Assembly: GCA_003696105.1 (NCBI GenBank)
Contig: RFGE01000204.1
Coordinates: 1 to 61,409, forward strand
Reading direction: 5' to 3'
Length of the DNA stretch: 61,409 nucleotides
From: Deltaproteobacteria bacterium
GTDB lineage: Bacteria; Myxococcota_A; Polyangia; Haliangiales; J016
How positions within the stretch are numbered: position 1 is the first letter of the stretch; the number at the start of each line of letters is the position of its first letter. Shown piece by piece: positions 28,283 to 37,855 of this stretch. The notes under the pieces were generated by a model. The model was not told the DNA's origin, ran no database searches, and was given only the letters and a program-made list of their open reading frames with translations. A program made the position numbers and the translations under genes.

Positions 28283-29210
28283 CGTCGTTTTGCGGTTTCT
28301 CGCCAGCGTCGCGACCCGCGGCGAGATCGACTACTACCTGGCGCTGTTTCGCTCCGACCGGCCGGAACGATTCGCCGTGCTGTCCGTCGACCCGCGCGTC
28401 GATCGCGCCGCCCTCGATCTCGACCTGCGATACCTCGCAGCCCTCGACCTCCACCCATACGTCGCCCGGCCCGACGACGACTTGCTCGCCGTCGTCCGGG
28501 CGCGGCGCGCAAAGAAAGTCGTGTTCCTCGGCCCCTGGCCCGGTCTCGAACCGCGCGGCGCACCCGTGCCGTCGATCGTCGACGTCCGCGAGGTCGATGC
28601 GCTCGCGCCCAGGTTGCCGTCCGACCAGCGCGCCGTGGTCGAAGAGGCCCGCCGCATCCTCGATGGCGCCGACCACGACGTCACCGCGGCGGTCACGGGC
28701 CCACTCGACCTGCTGCGCGAACTGTTCACGGTTCGCGGCGCCGGCACGCTCATCCGCCGCGCCGCCCCGATTGCGGTCGCGCGGCGCTGGGCCGATGTCG
28801 ACGTGCCGCGCGTGGCTGCGCTGATGCGGTCGGCGTTCGGCGCCGAACCGCACCCTGCCGTGTTCGCGCGCGCGGTCGCCGGGTTGTACGTCGCGGGCGA
28901 CTACGACGGCGCGGCGGTGGTCGAACCCGCGCCGCTGGGCGCGTACCTGTCGAAGTTCGCGGTGGACGCCGGCGCGCGCGGGGCCGGCATCGGCCGCGAC
29001 CTGTGGCGCGCGGTGACCGCCGACCACCCGGCGCTCGTGTGGCGCGCGCGCCCCGACAATCCGATCGTGTCGTGGTACACGGCCCACTGCGACGGCATGG
29101 CGCGCGGCGATCGCTGGGTGGTCTACTGGCGTGGACTCGAACCGCAGGACATTCCCCGCGCGATCGAGTTCGCGCGCGCGGCACCGGTGGACTTCGACCG
29201 GCGGATGTGA
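28269..29210 (+). CDS. N-acetylglutamate synthase-like protein (DUF619/NAT domain with shrunken kinase-like N-terminus)
   Basis: LLRELFTVRGAGTLI, YLSKFAV..GAGIGRDLW, WRARPDNPI..WY..CDG. Confidence 0.75.
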   Translation: MRPSDVVLRFLASVATRGEIDYYLALFRSDRPERFAVLSVDPRVDRAALDLDLRYLAALDLHPYVARPDDDLLAVVRARRAKKVVFLGPWPGLEPRGAPVPSIVDVREVDALAPRLPSDQRAVVEEARRILDGADHDVTAAVTGPLDLLRELFTVRGAGTLIRRAAPIAVARRWADVDVPRVAALMRSAFGAEPHPAVFARAVAGLYVAGDYDGAAVVEPAPLGAYLSKFAVDAGARGAGIGRDLWRAVTADHPALVWRARPDNPIVSWYTAHCDGMARGDRWVVYWRGLEPQDIPRAIEFARAAPVDFDRRM

Positions 29211-29306
29211 CCGTTGCGCGCGGGACGGCGCGAGTCGCACCGGCCGCGAGCCACCCGCGGACACGAGCATTTTCTTTTTGCGCCCGAGAGCGCATGATGG
29301 AGGGGC

Positions 29307-30602
29307 ATGGATCCCCGCCTGCGCGCCGTGTACCTCGTCGCCGTCGCCGTCGGGGTGTTCTTCCTGCGCGACCCCGCCGCGGTCGGCGCGGTCGCCGCCG
29401 CGCAAGCCGTACTGTTCGTCGCCGTCGGACTCGGCGCCCGCGCCCTCGTCCGCCAACTGCGCAAGCTCGCGCTGTTTCTCGGCGTGATCTTCGTCGCCTA
29501 CGCGCTCGTCGGGACGGGCGAAGCGGGCCAGACGTGGCGTACGGTCGCCGGCTTGCGGTGGAGCGTGCCCGGCGCCGCGCTCGGGCTCGGGATGGTGCTG
29601 CGCATCGCGGCGGTCGTGCTCGCGTCGCAGGTCGCGCGCGCCGGCGACCCGCGCGCGCTGGCCGCGGGACTCGGCAAGCTCGGCGTGCCCCGCATGGCGG
29701 CCCTGGCGATCGACACGACCCTCGCACTACTCGGCGACGGCGGCGGGCGCGGCCAGGGCCGCGGCGCCGGGCGCGGCCAGGGCCGCGGCGGCGGGCGCGG
29801 CCAGGGCCACGGGGGCGGCGATGCGGCGGGCGCGCCCCCGCCCGAGTCGACAGACGCGCCGGCCCGCGGGATCGGGGCCCGCGTGCGCGACTTTTGGGCC
29901 GCGCTCGGCCGTCTCGGCCGCGGCGACATGACGCGCCTCGTCAGCCGCATCGACGCCCAGATCGACCGCGCTGCCGACTACATCGTCGCCCACACCGGCG
30001 AGGCGGATCGCGGCCGCGCGCGCGACGTCGCCGTGATCGCCGGCATGGCGCTCACGATGCTCAGCGTCAAGGTGCTCAAGCTGCTGCCGGGCTTGCCGTT
30101 CGCGCCGGGGCACAAGGGCGTCGTGCTGATCCCGCTGTACTTCGTCGCGGCGCGGCTCACGCGGGCGCGGTTCGGAGCGACCTGGACGGGGCTCACCATG
30201 GGCGCGGTGGCGTTCTTGATGGGCGACGGCCGCTACGGCGTCTTCGAGATCTTCAAGCACGTCGCACCGGGCCTGCTGGCCGATGTCCTCGTGCCGGTGG
30301 TCCCGCGCAACGCCGGCCGCGCCGCGTGGGCTGCGGTCGGCGCCGTCACCGCCCTCGGCCGGTTCGCGACGGTCACCGCCATCGCCCTTTGTGTGCAACC
30401 CCCGGCAGTCGTGTACGCTCTGTTGGTCCCCGGACTGATCGTCCATGGCACGTTCGGGGTCCTGTCCAGCATCGTCACGGCCCCGCTGCTGCGCGCCATC
30501 GACGCGCGATCGTCCACACGGGGCAATCCGCGGTGCGCACCCGACTGCCACGATACACCGACCGACAACCGCGACGAGACAGACTCCACGGAGGCCGCAT
30601 GA
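29307..30602 (+). CDS. ECF-like membrane protein (T-component-like N-half + S-component-like C-half)
   Basis: MDPR start, TM helices and L..GL.KLGVP as in CbiQ/EcfT; GRGQGRG linker; C-terminal multi-TM domain with PGHKG. Confidence 0.55.
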   Translation: MDPRLRAVYLVAVAVGVFFLRDPAAVGAVAAAQAVLFVAVGLGARALVRQLRKLALFLGVIFVAYALVGTGEAGQTWRTVAGLRWSVPGAALGLGMVLRIAAVVLASQVARAGDPRALAAGLGKLGVPRMAALAIDTTLALLGDGGGRGQGRGAGRGQGRGGGRGQGHGGGDAAGAPPPESTDAPARGIGARVRDFWAALGRLGRGDMTRLVSRIDAQIDRAADYIVAHTGEADRGRARDVAVIAGMALTMLSVKVLKLLPGLPFAPGHKGVVLIPLYFVAARLTRARFGATWTGLTMGAVAFLMGDGRYGVFEIFKHVAPGLLADVLVPVVPRNAGRAAWAAVGAVTALGRFATVTAIALCVQPPAVVYALLVPGLIVHGTFGVLSSIVTAPLLRAIDARSSTRGNPRCAPDCHDTPTDNRDETDSTEAA

Positions 30603-31432
30603 GCAAACTGGTGACCGGCGACGGCCGGACCCACATCGAATCGAAACTGATGCGCGAATCGCTGCAGGACCGCGGCGTGGTCGCCGGCACCGACAGCAGC
30701 GAGGATCTCAAGATCTTCCCGGACGTCGCCCTCGTGAGCATCGGCGGCCAGAGCATCTTCGACCGCGGGCGCGACGCGATCGTCCCGCTGGCCGAGGAAC
30801 TTGGCGCCCTTCACGCGTCGCGCAAGCACAAGATTATCGTCGGTGTCGGCGGCGGCACCCGCGTGCGTCACACCGCCGCGGTGGCGCTCGATCTCGGCAT
30901 CCCGACCGGCGGCATCGCCCAGCTCGTCGGCGCGATGGAGGAACTCAACGCCATCATGCTCAACACGCTGCTGGCCAAGCACGGTTCCACCACGATGCCG
31001 CGCGACCACTTCTGGGATCTGCCCCTGTACTTCTCCGCCGGCATCCTGCCGATCGTGATCTCCGTGCCGCCGTATCACTTCTGGGAACCACCGGCGCGCG
31101 AGGGCGCCCTGCCCGAGCACGGCTCGGACTTCGGTCTGTTCCAGATCGCGGAGGTGCTCGCCCTCGGCAAGCTCATCTACGTCAAGGACGAGGACGGCCT
31201 GTACGACAAGGATCCCAAGAAACACGACGACGCCGTGCTCATCCGCAAGACGACGCTCGCCGAGATCCTGGCGAACCCGCCCCTCGAGTCGATCCTCGAC
31301 CGCGCCGTGTTCGAGCAGTGGCGCGACGCGAAGAACGTCAAACGCATTCAGATCGTAAACGGCCTCGTGCCCGGCCAGCTCACCGCTGCGCTCGAAGGAG
31401 AGGACGTCGGCACCGTCATCACCAAGGAGTGA
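30599..31432 (+). CDS. mosA: molybdenum storage protein subunit (alpha-like)
   Basis: HIESKLMRESLQDR, IGGQSIFDRG, GGGTRVRH, PPYHFWE, KDEDGLY, QIVNGLVPG..EDVGT match the MoSto amino-acid-kinase fold. Confidence 0.75.
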   Translation: MSKLVTGDGRTHIESKLMRESLQDRGVVAGTDSSEDLKIFPDVALVSIGGQSIFDRGRDAIVPLAEELGALHASRKHKIIVGVGGGTRVRHTAAVALDLGIPTGGIAQLVGAMEELNAIMLNTLLAKHGSTTMPRDHFWDLPLYFSAGILPIVISVPPYHFWEPPAREGALPEHGSDFGLFQIAEVLALGKLIYVKDEDGLYDKDPKKHDDAVLIRKTTLAEILANPPLESILDRAVFEQWRDAKNVKRIQIVNGLVPGQLTAALEGEDVGTVITKE

Positions 31433-31439
31433 CCGTACC

Positions 31440-32252
31440 GTGACCGCGGACCGCAAGATCATCGACAGCCCGCTCGCGGGCGCCACCCTCACCGAGCCCG
31501 GCGCCGGCGGTTTCGACTACCGGCCCGTCGCCGTCATGCCGGACGTCAAGGTGCTCAAGCTCGGCGGCCAGAGTCTACTGGACCGCGGGCGAGCCGCCGT
31601 ATTCCCCGTACTCGACGAGATCGTCGCCGCGCGCAAGCGCGGTATCGCCGTGCTCGTCTGCACCGGCGGCGGCACCCGCGCGCGCCACATCTACTCGATC
31701 GCAAGCGAACTCGAACTGCCGACCGGCGTGCTCGCCAAGCTCGGCTCGTACATTCCGATGCAGAACGCGCGCATGATGCAGATGCTCTTGGCCAAGCATG
31801 GAGGCATCTTCATCCTGCCGGACGACTTCGAGAAACTCCCGCTGTACCTACAACTCGGCTGTATTCCGATCATGAACGGCATGCCGCCGTACGAGTACTG
31901 GGAAAAGCGCGAAAGCGGCAGCCGGATCCCGCCGCACCGGACCGACGCCGGCGTGTTCCTGTCGGCCGAGTTTCTCGGCGTGCGCCGCGCCCTGTTCATC
32001 AAGGACGAGGACGGCCTGTTCACACACGACCCCAAGAAGGACCCGAACGCCACGCACATCCCGCGGATCAGCGCGCAGGAACTCCTAAAACGGGATCTGC
32101 CCGACCTGGTCCTCGAGCGGTCCGTCATCGAGATGATGACGTACTCGAAGTGGACGAAGGAGTGCCAGATCGTCAACGGCCTCAAGCCGGACCAGGTCCG
32201 CGCGGCGCTCGACGGCGAAGACGTCGGGACGATCATCTACTCGGAGACGTGA
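31440..32252 (+). CDS. mosB: molybdenum storage protein subunit (beta-like)
   Basis: KLGGQSLLDRGRAAVFPVLDEIVAARK, GTRARHIYSIA, GMPPY, IPPHRTDAG, KDEDGL, IPRIS. Confidence 0.8.
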   Translation: MTADRKIIDSPLAGATLTEPGAGGFDYRPVAVMPDVKVLKLGGQSLLDRGRAAVFPVLDEIVAARKRGIAVLVCTGGGTRARHIYSIASELELPTGVLAKLGSYIPMQNARMMQMLLAKHGGIFILPDDFEKLPLYLQLGCIPIMNGMPPYEYWEKRESGSRIPPHRTDAGVFLSAEFLGVRRALFIKDEDGLFTHDPKKDPNATHIPRISAQELLKRDLPDLVLERSVIEMMTYSKWTKECQIVNGLKPDQVRAALDGEDVGTIIYSET

Positions 32253-32731
32253 AGCGGGGCCGGTCGCACACTGCGGCGGCGGTCGTCGCGGTCGCCGTCT
32301 GCCTCGCCACGACGCCGGCCGGTGCCGGCGGTCGGGGGCAGCCGCTGCCTCCCGGATCCCGTCCGCTCGGCCCGGGGCAGTTCGAGTCTGGCCGGGGGTT
32401 TCGCGACACCCTGCGCTTCTATCAGCGACGCTTTCGACTCGACCGCGTGTCCGTGGACGCCGTCCCCGTGTACGGCTACCGTGGCGTACTCGTCGCCCGC
32501 TTCCTGCGGCGCGACGCCGGAGCCCCCTGGGCCGCCCTACACATCTTCCAAGTCCGCGGACGCACACACATCGTGTTCGTCAACCAGTCCCCCTTGACGG
32601 AGCGGCCGAGTCGAGGTAGTTACCTGACTCCGGGAATCGCTCCGGGATCGTCTAACGGCAGGACGGCAGACTCTGGATCTGTCTATCTTGGTTCGAATCC
32701 AAGTCCCGGAACTGACATTTTGGCCCCATAG
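32249..32731 (+). CDS. hypothetical exported protein (3' end uncertain)
   Basis: Signal peptide and a folded-looking domain to about 32590. As sequenced the frame runs on through tRNA-Gln. Confidence 0.5.
   Translation: MKRGRSHTAAAVVAVAVCLATTPAGAGGRGQPLPPGSRPLGPGQFESGRGFRDTLRFYQRRFRLDRVSVDAVPVYGYRGVLVARFLRRDAGAPWAALHIFQVRGRTHIVFVNQSPLTERPSRGSYLTPGIAPGSSNGRTADSGSVYLGSNPSPGTDILAP
32594..32622 (+). promoter_or_regulatory. sigma70-type promoter for the tRNA pair
   Basis: TTGACG-17 nt-TAGTTA, 18 nt upstream of tRNA-Gln. Confidence 0.65.
32641..32711 (+). tRNA. tRNA-Gln(CUG)
   Basis: Acceptor TCCGGGA/TCCCGGA; anticodon arm GCAGA-CT-CTG-GA-TCTGT; T arm CTTGG-TTCGAAT-CCAAG; CCA not encoded. Confidence 0.95.
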
Positions 32732-32794
32732 TCTAGCGGTCTAGGACGTCGGCCTCTCACGCCGAAATCCCGGGTTCAAGTCCCGGTGGGGTCA
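32722..32794 (+). tRNA. tRNA-Glu(CUC)
   Basis: Acceptor GGCCCCA/TGGGGTC; anticodon arm TCGGC-CT-CTC-AC-GCCGA; T arm CCGGG-TTCAAGT-CCCGG. Confidence 0.95.
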
Positions 32795-33009
32795 CAACTT
32801 GCAGCGCCTCCGGCCCCCACGGCTCGGGGGCGCTCGCCTTTTCGGCCTCTCACGCGGCGTCGACCATCCGGGGTTCCCGTCCCGGTGGGGTCACAACTTG
32901 CAGCGCCTCCGGCCCCCACGGCCCGGGGGCGCTCGCCTTTTCGGCCTCTCACGCGGCGTCGACCATCCGGGGTTCCCGTCCCGGTAGGGTCACAACCTGC
33001 AGCGCCTCC
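32780..33009 (+). repeat. tRNA-linked 99-bp tandem repeat (about 2.3 copies)
   Basis: Units start at 32780, 32879 and 32978. Each full unit has the tRNA-Glu 3' end, a terminator-like hairpin with TTTT, and a degenerate anticodon/T arm. Confidence 0.9.
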
Positions 33010-33171
33010 CCCGCGGCTCGGCCATGCCGAACGCGCACCCCGTTCGCGCCGGCAGTCGCCGCGGTGCCGCCAGCGCAGCGGGGCACCCCGGCGGCCTCGC
33101 GTGCCCGGGCGAGATACCGCCAACCGGGCGCCGCCCGTCCCTCGCGCGCGCGCCGCGCCGGCTCCGGCCGC

Positions 33172-34773
33172 CTACGGGACCATCGGCTCCGACATGCTGC
33201 AGGCGCTTGCGAACGACGGGACGGGAGAGTACGGCGCCGTCTCGATCGACCGTCCTGGGGCACGGAACGCGCCCGCGAGGAACACGTACGACCCCAGCGG
33301 CTGGAGCACCCCCGGCGGAATCTGCAGCTCGGTGTCCCGGGTCACCAGAGACGCGACGAACGCAAACCGCGTCTCGCCGCCGACATCTCCGAGCTTGTAG
33401 ACATCGATGCCGTAGTAGTCCGCGTCGCCGACGCTCGGCGGCGACCAGGACAGCGTCGGCGTGAGGCCCACGTTCAGGAGCGCGTCGAACGCCGACGATC
33501 CGTCGATCGCAAAGTTGCCAATCGGGCCGACGCGAGGCCGGATCGGACTCGTCGCGAACGTCGCGATCGGCTCGGTCTGGGTGATGGCGCAATACAGCCT
33601 GCCGGGACTCGCGGTTCCGACGCTGTACTCGGTCGAGTACGCCGTGTACACCTGCCCGAGCACGTCCCAGCCGGATCCGAACGGATTGCCGAAGTTCAGC
33701 GTACCCGTGTTCACGTCGTCGACGGGCTCCCCCAGGAAGATCTGCAGCAAGTCGGGCGCATTGCCGTAGGGACCGTAGACGTTCGCCTTGGGCAGCGGTG
33801 ACACGTACAGGTAGTCCATGCCGTGCTGCGCCCGCGGATTCGCATCGGTCACGAGCGACGCGAACTGCGATCGGCGCCAGTCGAAGCTGGCGGTCCCGTC
33901 GCGCACGATGTCCGCGAACGCGCCGCTGAGGGTCGTACCGACGCCGCTGGACTGCTCGAAGCTCGGCGCGGTGTAGAATTTCGTCGCGACCCGGTAGCTC
34001 AGACCGCCGGTGGTTACGCTCGACAGCTGCGTCATCGCCAGACGGTCTCCCGCGGTCGTCCCCTGGATGAGCGGCCGGCCGGACCAGTCGTAGGTCGCCC
34101 CCGCCAGGGCGGTCGCGCCCACCGCCGGCCCATTGGTGAGATCGTCGTCGGCGAACGCGACCTCGCCGAGGTTGGACGAGATGATCTGCAGCTCGTCGAG
34201 CGCATTCCACGCGCCCAGGCCGGTGACGTTGAACGTGATCGTCGACCCGCTCCCGGAGGCGGTCGCGTCGGGGCGGCCCCACTCGACGCGGGACAGATCC
34301 ACGGTGCTCGCTCCCGTGACGAGGTAACGGTCGTTCACGCGCAGGTAGTACCGCGTGCCGGCCGGAACGTCGGGGATCGATGCGCTCCCGACCGCGCCCG
34401 TGCCGGAGTACACGTCGAAGTCCCCGGCCCCGTCGGGCACGAGCGCCTCGATCGTCGCGGAAGAAAAGTCGATCGGACGCGTGACCTCGCCCGAGTCGGT
34501 CACGTACCGCACCGAGCCGGTGATGTTGATCGTCCGCCGCGTGGCCGCATCCGGCGGCAGCGCGGCATCGGGCGGCGGTGCGGCGTCGGGCGCTCCAGCG
34601 GCGTCCGGCGCTGCCGCGGCATCCACGCCTCCCATATCGTCGTCGTCATCGCCGCCGCCGCCGCCACCACAGCCGACCGCCAACCACGCCGCGAGCAGCC
34701 CGCAGGCAACCCGCGGCGCGCCCGCGAAGCGACGACCGAGCCAACCCGAGGTCCGTCCACGTACCATTTGCAC
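33172..34773 (-). CDS. large beta-rich lipoprotein
   Basis: AGGAGG RBS, lipobox AVGC, G7-D5 and PDAA-repeat linker, Thr/Ser/Gly-rich domains, FN3-like end (PTLSWSPP). Confidence 0.75.
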   Translation of the reverse strand: MQMVRGRTSGWLGRRFAGAPRVACGLLAAWLAVGCGGGGGGDDDDDMGGVDAAAAPDAAGAPDAAPPPDAALPPDAATRRTINITGSVRYVTDSGEVTRPIDFSSATIEALVPDGAGDFDVYSGTGAVGSASIPDVPAGTRYYLRVNDRYLVTGASTVDLSRVEWGRPDATASGSGSTITFNVTGLGAWNALDELQIISSNLGEVAFADDDLTNGPAVGATALAGATYDWSGRPLIQGTTAGDRLAMTQLSSVTTGGLSYRVATKFYTAPSFEQSSGVGTTLSGAFADIVRDGTASFDWRRSQFASLVTDANPRAQHGMDYLYVSPLPKANVYGPYGNAPDLLQIFLGEPVDDVNTGTLNFGNPFGSGWDVLGQVYTAYSTEYSVGTASPGRLYCAITQTEPIATFATSPIRPRVGPIGNFAIDGSSAFDALLNVGLTPTLSWSPPSVGDADYYGIDVYKLGDVGGETRFAFVASLVTRDTELQIPPGVLQPLGSYVFLAGAFRAPGRSIETAPYSPVPSFASACSMSEPMVP

Positions 34774-34902
34774 TGCCTCCTGTCGCGAGAGGGGAACTTC
34801 CCTGCTGCCGGCACCCTATCACCGCGCCGCGACGCCGACAACCGGGGCGCGCGGCCGCGCGCCCCTGGTCCGACTCGGGCTTTCGGCTACAGTGGCGAGG
34901 CG

Positions 34903-36408
<1,506 letters not shown>

Positions 36409-36412
36409 TCGA

Positions 36413-36622
36413 TCACGCCGCGCGCCGGCCGCCGCGCTCGGCGCCGAGCGCGCGCTGGGTCGCGATCGTGCGCGCGACGAGCGCGACCCAGTCGGCCGGC
36501 CGGCGCGCCGCTTCGAACGGGGGCTCGTGCGGGCCGCTGCGCCACGCCGGCGGCGTCCAGCCGAGGTCGACCGCGGCGACGAGGAGGCGATAGGCGGCAT
36601 CGACGAACACGTGCGATTGCAT
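36413..36622 (-). CDS. small hypothetical protein (69 aa)
   Basis: The ATG lies directly after a good sigma54 promoter match. Confidence 0.45.
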   Translation of the reverse strand: MQSHVFVDAAYRLLVAAVDLGWTPPAWRSGPHEPPFEAARRPADWVALVARTIATQRALGAERGGRRAA

Positions 36623-36633
36623 GCCTGTGGAGT

Positions 36634-36651
36634 AAGCATCCCGCGTGCCAG
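36634..36651 (-). promoter_or_regulatory. candidate sigma54 promoter
   Basis: CTGGCACGCGGGATGCTT (GG-N10-GC). Confidence 0.6.
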
Positions 36652-36766
36652 TCGCAAGGCGGGAACTCCCCGTGTGATTTCGCAACCTCCACGCGGCGGC
36701 GCCCCGCCCGACGCGCAGCGGCTGCGCCACCGGCGGCTCGTCGAGTCGCCAGGACCGTCCGAGATC

Positions 36767-36786
36767 CGGTGAACTCGAGTTCACCG
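36767..36786. repeat. perfect 20-bp palindrome
   Basis: CGGTGAACTCGAGTTCACCG. Confidence 0.8.
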
Positions 36787-36814
36787 CGGCACGTTCACTG
36801 AGCCGGCGTCGCGC

Positions 36815-37804
36815 TCACGGGGACCGCGGCTCGTACACGAGCGTCACCGTACGCGGGTCGATCTCGACCGCGACGCCGGGCGGCAGGCCTTCGACGATGA
36901 CCGTCGCGCGGCGGCGCCGGCCGGCGATGTCGTCGTCGCCCAACACGTCGACGAACGGGACCACCTGATCGTCGGCGACCTGCTCGATCGCGCGCGCCGC
37001 CCCGCGCAACACGATCTTGACCGCCGCGGGCTCGACGCGAAACGCCGACAGCTCGGCGGTGCGCAGATCCGGGCCGGGCCGCAGCCGCACCGGCACCGCC
37101 GGCAGTTCGCGCGCCGACAGCGCCTCGGCGATCTCCACGGTGACCTGGACGCGCGGCTGGCCGACGACGTCGACGAACGGCCCGGGCGGCGCCAGGCCCA
37201 CCTCGTCGGTGAACGACTCGCGCCGGCCGACGAGCGAGACCTCCTCGGTGAACACGCGGTCGGTGCGCGCGACGTACGACGCGGCCCCCGTCACTTCGAC
37301 CGTGTCACATTCGCGGTCGCACGGCACGACGCGCGCTTCGAGCCGCGCCACGCCGTAGCCGCGCGCCGGGTCGCCGCGCGTCGCCACCGCGATCGGCACG
37401 CGCTTGGTCGTCCGCGGTTCGAAGCGGACCGGCATCGTGGGCGGGTCGATCGACACGATGGTGAGGCCGGGCGGCAGCCGGAACATGTCCGACCGAAAGA
37501 TCAGATCGCCGTTCTTGAAGCGGCGCAGGTCGATGCGCACCGGCTCCAGCTCGCGCTCGTCGAACCGCTTGATGCGGCGCCAGCTCCCCTTGACCGTGAT
37601 CCGCACCTGGTCGAGCCGGTCGGACACGAGCACCTGATCCTCCGGCAGCGTGTAGCTGATCGCGACGTACGCGCCGGCGACGGCGTCCTCGTCGCTGTGA
37701 ACGAGGATGAACACGGTGAGCGCGAGAACGAACGCGATGAACTTGAGCCCGAGGTTCTCGAGCAGCGCTCCGCGCAAGAACCGGGCAACCGCTCCCCGAA
37801 TCAC
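36815..37804 (-). CDS. cdaR: CdaR / YbbR-repeat protein
   Basis: ENLGLKFIAFVLA TM anchor and YbbR-like repeats; downstream of cdaA. Confidence 0.8.
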   Translation of the reverse strand: MIRGAVARFLRGALLENLGLKFIAFVLALTVFILVHSDEDAVAGAYVAISYTLPEDQVLVSDRLDQVRITVKGSWRRIKRFDERELEPVRIDLRRFKNGDLIFRSDMFRLPPGLTIVSIDPPTMPVRFEPRTTKRVPIAVATRGDPARGYGVARLEARVVPCDRECDTVEVTGAASYVARTDRVFTEEVSLVGRRESFTDEVGLAPPGPFVDVVGQPRVQVTVEIAEALSARELPAVPVRLRPGPDLRTAELSAFRVEPAAVKIVLRGAARAIEQVADDQVVPFVDVLGDDDIAGRRRRATVIVEGLPPGVAVEIDPRTVTLVYEPRSP

Positions 37805-37855
37805 TTCGCTCCCCTCGCTGCGCGCACAGCGTTGGTGTCCGCCGGTGCGAGCATG

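Noticed and set aside
29211-29306. Moco/Tuco riboswitch or ModE box upstream of the ECF-MoSto operon
   Set aside because: The interval is under 100 nt and I could not recognise either motif; an Rfam scan would settle it.
30599-32252. Uridylate kinase (pyrH) duplication
   Set aside because: The motifs and the tandem pair fit molybdenum storage protein subunits better.
32841-32993. Additional tRNA-Glu genes
   Set aside because: The copies lack the 5' acceptor strand and D arm, and the T loop is damaged.
32780-33009. CRISPR array
   Set aside because: The units are near-identical along their whole length with no unique spacers, derive from tRNA-Glu, and no cas genes are present.
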